Shown: piece after piece, positions 11,459 through 23,400 of the stretch
Layout: the number at the start of each line of letters is the position of its first letter
Numbering within the stretch: the stretch's first letter is position 1
From: Dendrobates tinctorius
Taxonomy: Eukaryota
DNA: 64,000 nucleotides
Assembly: GCF_039654945.1 (NCBI RefSeq)
Contig: NW_027361754.1
Coordinates: forward strand, 5,084,001 to 5,148,000
Direction: 5' to 3'
Notes under the pieces: model-generated
Seen by the model: the letters and a program-made list of their open reading frames with translations, nothing else
Databases searched by the model: none
What the model was told of the DNA's origin: nothing
Made by a program: the position numbers and the translations under genes

Positions 11459-14400
11459 ATGAGCTTCTTCGGCTTCGGGCCGGCAGCGGAGCTGGACATC
11501 ATGCTCACGGATGCAGAGAGTCGCCGGCGGGTGGAGCACAAAACGGAGGACGGCAAGAAGGAGAAATATTTCCTCTTCTACGACGGAGAGACGGTGTCCG
11601 GCCGCGTCACCGTCACCCTGCGGAGCCCGGGCAAGAGGCTGGAGCACCAGGGGCTGAAGATCGAGTTCATCGGGCAGATCGGTGAGAAGGGCGGGGCTCT
11701 GCAATGCTCCCTGGGGTGACGTGAGGGCACTACAAGTCCCAGCAGGTGCAGCCGGCAGACCTCAGGTTACAGCAGTGACAAGGAGGTGCAACCGGGGGAC
11801 TACAAGTGCCAGCAGTGTCAGAGGGTGCAACCAGGAGACCACAGGTGCCAATGACAGGAGGTGCAGCCGGTGGGACCACAGGTGCCAGCAGTGCCATGGG
11901 GTGCAGCCGGGGGACAACAGGTGCCAATAGTGACAGGAGGTGCAGCTAGATATCCACAGGTGCTAGCTGTGACAGGGGTGAAGTCGAGGGGACAACAGGT
12001 GCCAACAGTGACAGAAGGTGCAGCTGGATGTCCACAGGTGCCAGCAGTGACAGGGGGTGCAGCCAGGGCCAGGGGACCACAGATGCCAATAGTGACAGGG
12101 GGTACAGCCGGGGGCCACAGGTGTTAGCAAAGACAGGGGTACAGCTGAGGGACAACAGGTGCCATCAGTTTTAGGGCTGTAGTCTGGGGGACCACAGGTG
12201 CCAGCAGTGACAGGGGGTGCAGCCGGGGGCCACAGGTGTTAGCTAAGAGCGGTACAGCTGAGGGACAACAGGTGCCATCAGTTTTAGGGCTGTAGTCTGG
12301 GGGACCACAGGTGCCAGAGGGTGCAGCTGGCGGAGCACAGGTATCAACAGTAACAGGAGGTGCAGCTGGGGTTCACTGTTCTGAGTTACCGCGTCCCATG
12401 TGCACATGCGGCTCAGGCTTAGTCCCTTTATTATGTGGCACACTTCTGCTTGCAGTCAGTGAGTTGATTCCCCCTGATTGTTACAATGTACTGGGAGCGG
12501 CTCCTGCTCTGGTTGTTACAATGTGTCGGCGCAGAGATCAGAGTCTGCACTGTAGCACAAAGGTCTCCAAGAAGACTCCTTTAGGGTCACTGTCTCCTGT
12601 TAGTAAGGAGCAATCAGAGATCCTAAAGTGGATTTCCAGATATCGGGAATGTTACTGATTGCTAAGCTTTAACTCTGTGTTGCCAGCATGTCAGCATGCT
12701 GGGACTTGTAGTTGTTCAGTTGTTGTAGCCGCCACTGCTTTCTGTATAGCAGCACTTGGTCTCGAGGACTTGGCCATTGGTGTACACTTCTGCAGGGTCC
12801 ACGGGGGAAACGGTGGGCCCTTGTGCTGAGCTTAGGACTGTTTGATTCCTGCTGATAGAGGAAGTTGTTTTCTTATTCTTTTCTGGTAAACATCTCCCAC
12901 CTCAAAGAGTGACCGTTCCCGGACCCACGGCCGCCCGCCGGGCATCCCCCCCTCCGCCTGCAAGAAGGGAAACAGCTGCTGCTATGAGGTCACTGATGAA
13001 ATGGACCCGCAGGCGACTACATCCTGTGTCATACGCGCTGCAGCATCTCCTGTGTGGAGAGCTCTGCTCAGCCTGAGCCTGCTGATTCAGGAATAGGATA
13101 CCAGAGCTGCAGTCAAGACTGACAAAGTAGAGGAAGTATACTGCAGGAGTAGATGGCATTCAGGCTGGGTGACTCTGGGCACAGTACTGGCATTCATCAA
13201 TGAAGTCAGCCAGCTGAGAAGTCTCCATTTGTCATGTATAAGACAACCCAGGATAGGAAGTGGCTGTGCAGCCATGATCCTCACTTTCAGGAGATCAAGT
13301 CTGTATCATATATGCAGAAGTGACACTGCTGGCGGGAAATACGGCAGCCTCCATCTCTGCTAGTCTGCACCCCGATACAGGATTGCCAGGCGTCAGTAGT
13401 GAATTGCGGCTCATGCAGGATCGGTTATTTCCAGGCATCCAGGGCTGTGGAGTCTGAGTTGGTCCATTTTGATGGAATCGGAGATGGTGTTATTATAAAA
13501 TGGACTGACTCCCAACTCCTAAAATATATAATACATTGGGTGCAGTAGTTCAGTGCAGGATGTGCTGTAAATGTTTTCATAATAATTTGGGAAAGTTCTG
13601 AAATGTCCTATAAATGTCTGTTCTGTTCCTGATCTCAGGATCTGGGCTTTTAGTGGCGATGACTCTGTGCTGCACTTTATGTACATGCTCAGTAGTGACC
13701 AGTGCTGTGGGGTTGTAGATGAGATGAATCTGTGCTGCACTTTATGCACATGCTCAGTAGTGACCAGTGCTGTGGGGTTGTAGATGAGATGAATCTGTGC
13801 TGCACTTTATGCACATGCTCAGTAGTGACCAGTGCTGTGGAGTCGTAGATAAGATGAATCTGTGTTGCACTTTATGCACATGCTCAGTAGTGACCAGTGA
13901 TGGGGAGTCGTAGCTGAGATGAATCTGTGCTGCACTTTATGCACATGCTCAGTAGTGACCAGTGATGGGGAGTCGTAGCTGAGATGAATCTGTGCTGCAC
14001 TTTATGTACATGCTCAGTAGAGAGGCAGTGCTGTGGAGTCGTAGATGAGGTGAATCTGTGCTGCACTTTATGTACATGCTCAGTAGTGACCAGTGCTGTG
14101 GGGTCGTAGATGAGATGAATCTGTGCTGCACTTTATGTACATGCTCAGTAGTGACCAGTGCTGTGGGGTCGTAGATGAGATGAATCTGTGCTGCACTTTA
14201 TGTCCATGCTCAGTAGTGACCAGTGCTGTGGAGTCGTAGATGAGATGAATCTGTGCTGCACTTTATGTACATGCTCAGTAGAGAGGCAGTGCTGTGGGGT
14301 CGTAGATGAGGTGAATCTGTGCTGCACTTTATGTACATGCTCAGTAGTGACCAGTGCTGTGGAGTCTGAGATGAGATGAATCTGTGCTGCCCTTTATGTA

Positions 14401-17400
14401 CATGCTCAGTAGTGACCAGTGCTGTGGAGTCGTAGATGAGATGAATCTGTGCTGCACTTTATGTACATGTCAGTAGTGACCAGTGCTGTGGAGTCGTAGA
14501 TGAGATGAATCTGTGCTGCACTTTATGTACATGCTCAGTAGTGACCAGTGCTGTGGGGTCGTAGATGAGATGAATCTGTGCTGCACTTTATGCACATGCT
14601 CAGTAGTGACCAGTGCTGTGGAGTCGTAGATGAGATGCATCTGTGCTGCACTTTATGCACATGCTCAGTAGTGACCAGTGCTGTGGAGTCGTAGATGAGA
14701 TGAATCTGTGCTGCACTTTATGCACATGCTCAGTAGTGACCAGTGCTGTGGAGTCGTAGATGAGATGAATCTGTGCTGCACTTTATGCACATGCTCAGTA
14801 GTGACCAGTGCTGTGGAGTCGTAGATGAGATGAATCTGTGCTGCACTTTATGTACATGCTCAGCAGTGAGGCAGTGCTGTGGGGTCCGAGGTGAGATGAA
14901 TCTGTGCTGCACTTTATGTACATGCTCAGTAGTGACCAGTGCTGTGGGGTCCGAGGTGAGATGAATCTGTGCTGCACTTTATGTACATGCTCAGTAGTGA
15001 GGCCGGGCCGTGGGGTCGGATGTGAGATGAATCTGTGCTGCACTTTATGTACATGCTCAGTAGTGAGGCAGTGCTAGGTAGTCGTAGCTAAGATGAATCT
15101 GTGCTGCACTTTATGTACATGCTCAGTAGTGACCAGTGCTGTGGGGTCGTAGATGAGATGAATCTGTGCTGCACTTTATGTACATGCTCAGTAGTGACCA
15201 GTCCTGTGGAGTCGGGGGTGAGATGAATCTGTGCTGCACTTTATGTACATGATCAGTAGTGAGGCAGTGCTGTGGGGTCCGAGGTGAGATGAATCTGTGC
15301 TGCACTTTATGTACATGCTCAGTAGTGACCAGTGCTGCGGGGTCATAGATGAGATGAATCTGTGCTGCACTTTATGTACATGCTCAGTAGTGACCAGTGC
15401 TGTGGGGTCGTAGATGAGATGAATCTGTGCTGCACTTTATGTACATGCTCAGTAGTGACTAGTGCTGTGGGGTCGTAGATGAGATGAATCTGTGCTGCAC
15501 TTTATGTACATGCTCAGTAGTGACCAGTGCTGCGGGGTCATAGATGAGATGAATCTGTGCTGCACTTTATGCACATGCTCAGTAGTGAGGCAGGGCTGTG
15601 GGGTCCGAGGTGAGATGAATCTGTGCTGCACTTTATGTACATGCTCAGTAGTGACCAGTGCTGTGGGATCGGGGTCAGGGAAATTAATGAGTCAGGGGTC
15701 TGACTTACTGACTCCACAGTCTTGTGGTTATCAGTAGTGGATTGCGGCTGGTGCAGGATCAGTTATTTCATGGTATCAATCAGGGCTGTGGAGCGGTAAT
15801 CCAAACCACCGTCTCCTCCGTTTCCCTGACTCCACAGCACCGTCTCACTACTGAGCATGTACATAAAGTGCAGCACAGATTCATCTCTACCAAAAGCTGA
15901 GATCAGCAACAGAACAGACATTTATAGGACATTTCAGAACTTTCCCAAATTATTATGAGAACATTTACAGCACATCCTGCACTGAACTACTGTACCCAAT
16001 GTATTATATATTTCTCTAATCCACTCCACGACAGCACACAAGAGGTTTCCTCCCCATCCTAATTAGGGACAGGAAACAAGGTTTAAATAGCCCGCCCCTT
16101 CCTTCCATGTTTTCCTGTCCCTAAGGGATGGGGCGGCGATACTCTCTTGTAGGTACCTTTAAGCCAGGCAGCCTGGGTCGATCGTGCTGGACCTTCCTCC
16201 CTCAGCTGCTCCTACCTCGGGCGGGACCGCACCATCCTTCGGCGCCGCTGGCAATGCTGGATGGTGAAGAAGTGGCTGGGGGACTCCCGTAGCCCCCAGC
16301 CTCGTAGCTTCTCTCCCCCTCGCGCCTGACTGACCGGCGTTGACTTCCGCACTCTCCGGCAGACCTGGGCATGCACAGGAAGTGACGTACTCCGCCGAGA
16401 GAGAAGGTGCGACGTCACTTCCTCCCTGAGTTCCACGGTGGAACACAGCGCCATTTTGATTGGAAAATTGAAAATTTCAAACCGGGGAAGGAGTCAGAAG
16501 ATAGGTCCTATCACGGAGGAGAGAGCTCTCATCCTATTGGGTGAGAAGAAGCACTGTGTCTCGGTTCCTGTATAATAGGGCCCTGACTGAAGACTCCATA
16601 AGGTAGGACTGAGGTTCTAAATGATGGATGTGCCTTCTGTTAGATCTGGGTCTGCAGAGCCCTGCACTAAGGCTACGTGCACACGTTGCGGATTCTGCTG
16701 TGGATCCGCAGCGTTCTTAGCTGTGCGGAACCGCAGCAGATTTAGCTGCGTTGTACAGTACTGTACCATTGTTTTCAATGGTAAAATGAAAAACGCTGTG
16801 CACGTGCTGCGGATTTTTCCGCTGGTTCAAATCCGCAGCATGTCAATTCTTTGTACGGAATCCGCAGCGGTTTCACACCTTCTCCATTATAGAGGTGTGA
16901 AACCACAGGGCTAATCCGCAGGTTTCCAAATCCGCGTGGAAAAATCCGCAGCACCTTTCACTACGTGTGCACATAGCCTAAGGCTGGTTTCACATTCGCG
17001 GGCAGAGGGCTGCGGACTTCCTCCATGAGGCCCCACCCCACTGCGCCTCCTCCGGTTAGCTCCGCCTATTTCTGCATGTGGCCTGAATACCCAATATTAA
17101 AGCAATCTGAGCATGCGCCGCACCCGGCGGCCATTTTCGCAGCAGATTGAGGATAGTTCTGACTCAGAAGCTGAACTATCAGGTCCTGAAGAATGGGCGG
17201 AAGAAGGTGAACTTATTGAGTCATACGGAGGATAATAAAAAAGTGTTCTTTTCCTCTGAGGATAAGGAGGAAGCTACTGCTGGCAGTTAAGATTACGATG
17301 GGAGTTGAAGAGGAGAAACCATCCCGCACAATCCAAGATGAGATGTTCAGTGGTCTAAAATCAAGAAGGAAGATGGTTTTTCCTATCCATGAAAACGTCC

Positions 17401-20400
17401 AAAATTTAATCCTGGATGAATGGGAATTCCCAGAAAGGAAGGTGAACATCCCAAGTGATATGAAGGATTGCTTTCCTCTGGATGAGGACGTCTCAAAGTG
17501 CTGGACTGAAATCCCTAAAGTGGTTATCCAGGTGGCTAGGGTAGCCAAAAAAATTGTGTTGCCCTTTGAGGACTCCTCTCAACGTAAAGATCCACTTGAC
17601 CGCAAGATGGACAGCTTATTGAGGAAGTTTTGGGAAGCATTAGCGACCTCCTTAAAGACAAATGTGGCATCCGCCTGCGTCATGAGAACCCTATTTCTCT
17701 GGTTGAAGCAACTGGAAGACTATATTAGGGGGTGGTACCCCTAGAGAAGACCACCTGGCCTCTACCTCTCCTACAGAAAGCTGTGGTTTCCTTGCAGACG
17801 CCTCTGCTGAGTCAGTTTGTATTGCTGTGAGGACGTCGGTACTCTCGAACACCACCAGAAGGGCACTTTGGTTAAAGATGTGGGGCGGAGACATCCTATC
17901 CAAGTCTAAACTATGCTCTATTCCCTTCAAAGGAGAATAATTCTTGTTTGGTCCTGCAGTGGACAAATTACTGGAGGAGGTGACTGACAAAGAGAAAAAT
18001 CCTCCTGAGTCAAAAACCCTCAAGAAGAAGCCATTTCTTCCACACCAAATTCAGACCCTTCAATACAGAGGGAAAGGTAAAACCAGGCGGTGGAGCTACC
18101 AAAAATGGGTAAAGGAAGAAATATTTTTCACAACCCCCGTTAAGATAGGATATGACGCCAATCAAGTAGAGGGCAAGATTTCAAACTACTTCTCAAGATG
18201 GCGGGAGGTAACATCAGACCACAAAATCCTGTCCTCAGAAGGGGAGTAAAAATAGACTTTTCCTCCTTTCCTCCACAAAGACTAGAGGTGAGATCTCTGC
18301 CATCTTCAAGGCTTCTCTGTACAGAGAACTCCAGCAAATGCTATCCTCTGCGGTAATATCTCCGATTCCAGAAGCAGAGCAAGGTCATTACTCCCAGATG
18401 AATCAATACATCGTGTATTGACGATTCAAAATGGAGTCGGTAAAAACTACCGTTGATCGGGAATGACTTCGCCATGGCCACCATAGACCTCCAAGAGGCA
18501 TACTACCATGTACCCATTCATCCAAGCTACCATCGGTATCTGAGGTTTGCGGTCACTCTAGGCCAGGAGGTGTGTAACTTTCAGTTCAAGGTCCTTCTCT
18601 TCGGCATATCAGCTGCACCCCGAACATTCGCAAAGATTATGGCAGAAGTATTAGCCTTCTTCAGAAAGCAATACATTTGCATCGTTCCCTACCTGGATGA
18701 CCTTCTCATCATGGCTCCTTCTAGTGCTACTGTAAGAGGGCATCTCCATTCAAGTCTACATGCCCTAACACTTTTAGGCTGGATCATAAATAGGGGAAAA
18801 TCAGACCTGAACCCATCAACCGAAAAAGTCTTTTTAGGAATCCTCCTAGAATCCCAAAAACAAAAATCCTTTCTTCCGGTCACCAAACAGTTATGCATAA
18901 GATCAAGGGTTTGGACCCTAAAAACCCAGAAGAGGGTGACCTTAAAATTTGCAATGTTAGTACTGGGATCAATGACATCATGTATTAAGGCAATTCCCTG
19001 GGCCCAAGCTCACTCAAGGATACTCCAAAAATGTGTCCTTTTTCGCTGGAACAAAACTGCGGAGACACTCGACGTAAGAATCTCTCTTCCTCAGCATGTC
19101 CAGTGTCTTCATTAACAACAGATGCCAGCAAACAAGGTTGGGGAGCGGTGACATCTCGTGGAGTCTTTCAGGGAATCCTGCCTAAAAAGATGGACGACCA
19201 TTCCTCCAATTTCAGAGAATTGAGAGTGGTAGAGGAGGCCCTGAAAGCAGCAAAACCAATACTCCAGGGAACCCAAGTCCAAGTTTACTCCAACAGCATG
19301 ACCACTGTGGCCCATCTTCGTCATCAGGGCAGCACACAATCCGAGAGTCTGCAGCAGGTCTCAGCAAGAATTTTCATTTGGGCAGAACGTCACCTCCTGT
19401 CTTTATCGGCGCTTCACCTAAAAGGATCCGACAACATTAAAGCAGACTTTCTGAGCAGGACGGATATAGTCCCAGGAGAATGGAGCCTCAGTATGACAGT
19501 ATTCCAGCTTATAACCAAAAAATGGGGTCTCCCGGTGGTGGACCTGTTTGCAGACCGAGAAAACGTAAAAGTAAAGCATTATTTCTCCATAGGTCCAAAC
19601 GAAGCCCAATCAAAAGTGGATGCCTTCTCTCACCCGTGGCATTTCAGGTTGGTCTTCGCATTTCCTGCAATTCCGTTGTTGCCAAAGACTCTGCAAAAGT
19701 TCAGAATGGATAGGGTCAAAACCATCCTGATTGCCCTTCTCTGGCCAAAGACGGGCTGGTTAGGGGGCTCTGATACTTCTTAGCTCAGAAGAACCTCTGA
19801 CCCTGCCACTGGACCACAACTTTCTACATCAGGGTCCCATTTTTCACCCAGCTCCCCACAGCCTACACTTGGCAGCCTGGCTTCTGAAACCACAATCCTG
19901 AGAGCCAGAGGCCTCTCAGATGCCATCATTTCCACTTTACAAAAAAGTAGGCAACAGGTCACAAATACCATCTACTTCAAAGTATGGAAGACCTTCTCAG
20001 TGTGGTATGGATCCACTTTCATTGATCCTTTTCACCCTGACATAGCAAAAATTCTAGATTTTTTTTACAGGACGACTTATCTAAAGGACTAAAACCCAGT
20101 ACCTTGAAGGTCCAGGTATCGGCCCTGTGCTCCTACTTCGATCAGAACCTGGCAGACCACCGGTGGATAAGGAGGTTCATGTCAGCTGCCTCCAGAATCT
20201 GTTCAAGGAAATCCAACATAATTCCATCTTGGGATTTGTATATAGTTCTGAAAAGTCTAACTATTCCTCCATTTGAGCCTATGGACCAGGTCCAGATAGA
20301 AAACTATCTTGGAAAGTGGCACTACTTGTAGCCATTACAACGGCAAGAAGGGTGGGCGAGATTCAGGCCTTATCCATTAGGGAACCTTATTTAAGAATTC

Positions 20401-23400
20401 TGGATGACAGAATAATATTCCGCCTAATCCCGTCTTTTTTGCCAAAAGTGTCATCTGAATTCCACAGGTCCCAAGAAATAATTCTATCCTCCTTCAGTGA
20501 CAATCCAAAGGACGAGAGATAAGCAGGATTCCATTCTCTGGTTGTTCGACAGACAGACTATTCTCTTCTACTTGAATCAAACAAAACCTTGGAGGAAGGA
20601 TTAGAATCTTTTTGTCCAGTATGGTGGACCAAACAAGGGAAAGAAAGCCTCCAAGAGCTGTATGGTCAACTGGATCAAGAAAGCAATCACGGACACTTAT
20701 AGAAATCAGGACCTATCTCCTTCAGAATTGCTAAAGGCCTATTACACTAGAGCTGTCTCCGTCTCCTGGGCGAAAATGGCCAATGCCTCCATTGAGCAGA
20801 TCTGCAGACCTGCTACCTGGTCCTCGGTCTATACCTTCACTAAGCACTACAGATTAGATCTAATGTCTATTAGAGATCTAGCCTTTGGCAGCAAAGTCCT
20901 ACAGGCTGTTGTCCCTCCCTAAACCATTACTCTTTGGTATTTCTCCTGTGTGCTGTTGTGGAGGGGATTAGAGAAAATAGAATTAAGGCCCCGTCACACA
21001 CAGCGATCTCCCTAGCGAGATCGCTGATTTTGTGACGCCACAGCGATCTTGCCAGCTAGATCGCTGTGTGTGACGGGGATCAACAACCGGCCCCCCTGCC
21101 GGTTATCACTGATCGTGCTCGATCGGCCTGGCCCGTTTTTCGATCGCTGGTCTCCCGCTGGCCAGCATGCATCGCTGCGTGTGGCAGTGAGAGACCAGCG
21201 ATCAGCGTCGCTGGTTTCTAATGTAAACATCGGGTATCCAGGAGCCGCGGCTCCTGGATACCCGCTGTTTACCTTGGAAACCGGCGTACATGCTGGTTTC
21301 CAAGGTAAACAGCGGGTATCCAGGAGTTGCGTGGCTCTTAGATACCCGATGTTTACCTTGGAATCCAGCGTGTACGCCGGTTTCCAAGGTAAACAGCGGG
21401 TATCCAGGAGCCGCGGCTCCTGGATACCCGCTGTTTACACTAGAAACCAGCGTCGCTGGTCCTGATCGCTGGGGCTGTCTTGTGACAGCTCACCAGCGAT
21501 CAGCCTAACGATGTCCCAGCAATCCTATCATGTTGGATCGTTGGTGGGATCGCTGGGACATCGTTATGAGTGACGGGGGCTTTATACTTACCAGTGGTTT
21601 GGTTTCTAAGACCCTCCACGACAGCATAGGTAATTTCCCCCCCCACCAATAAAGTATATTCATTTGATTTTCTTAGTGTAAATAAAAAATTCAAGAATTC
21701 ATTCTATGTGGTCTTTGTAAAATACTGGGGATTGAGGGAAGGGGCAGGATATTTAAACCTCTTGTTTCCTGTCCCTAATTAGGATGGGGAGGCAACGTCC
21801 TGTGTACTGTCGTGGAGGGTCTTAGCAACCAAATTACCAGTAAGTGTAATTCTATTTTTAGGAGTTGGAGTTAAGGCCCCGTCACACATAGCGATCTCGC
21901 TAGCAAGATCGCTGCTGAGTCACAAGTTTTGTGACACAACAGCGATCTCGCCAGCGAGATTGCTGTGTGTGACAGCGACCGGTCCCCTGCCGGTATCGCT
22001 GCAAGAAACCTCTGGACATTTCTTTCGTTGCTGATCTCCTGCTGGCCAGCACGCATCCCTGCGTGTGACAGGCGGGAGACCAGCGATCAGCTGGTAACTA
22101 ACGAACACAGCGTCGGCGTCGCTGTGCTGATCGCTGGTGAAGCTGTCTGTCTGACAGCTCACCAGCGATCACATAGCAACTCACCAGCGATCCTGACACG
22201 TTGATATCGTTGTCTGGATCGCTGGTAAGTCGCTATGTGTGACTCCAGCATTAGTCCGTGTTATACCAATTCTGAGTCCACCAAAATGGACTCTGACTCC
22301 ACAGCCTTCGTATCAGTAGTGGATTGCTGCTGGTGCAGGATCAGTTATTTCCAGGCTTCAGTACTGGAAAGTGGCTCGTGCAGGATCGGAGATCTCCTCT
22401 ACATATTTCTGCTTGTCAGTGAATAGACGTCTCTTCCGCCTCGCCACCTCTTTTTCACATCCTCACGCTCCTCCTCTTGCGCCTTTCCTCTTCTCTTGCC
22501 CCTTTTCTCTTCTGTGCCTCTCTTTTTGCACCTCTCCTCTTCTCCTTTTGCACCTCTCCTCTACGCCTCTCCTCTACTCCTCTGTTTTTCCGCCTCTCCT
22601 CTCCTTTTCCACCTCTTCTTCTGCCTCTCCTCCACATTTGCCTCTCCTCCTCTTTTGCCTCTCCTCTTCTGTGTCCTCACGCTTATCCTGCTTCCTCCTC
22701 AGAGTTGTACTACGACCGGGGAAACCACCATGAGTTCGTATCGCTGGTGAAGGATCTGGCGCGGCCAGGGGAGCTCTCTCAATCACAGAGTTTCGACTTT
22801 GAGTTCACTCATGTGGAGAAGCCATACGAGTCGTACACGGGGCAGAATGTGAAGCTACGGTACGGGGCTGGGGAATCTTACAAATTTAAAGGGGCTGTAA
22901 ATAGAAAGATAAAGCTCTGTAACTTTGGATCTATAGCTCTGATTGTCATTTAATGAGAATATTCTTGATTCCATGCAATCGTTCTCACAGCTGAGGGTCT
23001 GGTACAGTTATACTCAGTGTTGTACTAAATGCAATAGCAAACATTTGTGTCCAGTCCTGACACTTTATTGCAGTGTGTTTATGCAGGACTGATGATACAG
23101 ATGGATCCAGAGTGCAGTAATGGGAGCGGAGGCTGGTGGTATGGAATCGGGTCGGTGCTGAGCTTTCTGCTGTTTTCACCTCTGCTGCTCTCGTCTGCCC
23201 AGGTACTTCCTGCGTGCCACCCTCAGCCGCCGGCTCAATGACGTTGGGAAAGAGCTGGATATTGTGGTCCACACACTGAGCACGTACCCCGAGATGAACT
23301 CTTCCATCAAGATGGAGGTTGGGATCGAAGATTGTCTGCACATCGAGTTTGAGTACAACAAGTCCAAGTAAGTCTGCGCCCATCGCCCTCCACGGAGTAA

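Larger units (their letters stand above)
16011..21858 (+). mobile_element. DIRS-type tyrosine-recombinase retrotransposon, full-length architecture but degenerate
   Basis: Left ITR 16011-16104 is the reverse complement of 21737-21816. ICR at 20945-20985 plus 21583-21626 is complementary to both ends. gag-like 17298-18130; RT 18453-19115 (IDLQEAYYH, YLDD); RNase H and methyltransferase-like 19031-19783 (TTDASKQGWG, DLFA); YR 20104-20922 (ITTARRVGEIQAL, ATWSSVYTFTKHY). Inserted at a TTT run with no TSD. Confidence 0.95.
15781..22309 (-). mobile_element. Second, inverted copy of the CAGGGCTGTGGAGTC MITE with a single 65-bp unit, split by the DIRS element and a TTAA MITE
   Basis: 15781-16010 is the reverse complement of copy 1 from about 13525 onward, with one unit instead of about 30. 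It resumes at 21859 (TAGGAGTTGGAG) and ends GACTCCACAGCCTTC at 22295-22309. Confidence 0.78.

Noticed and set aside
13884-15737. Repeated 60-82 aa ORFs
   Set aside because: Translations of the 65-bp tandem array.
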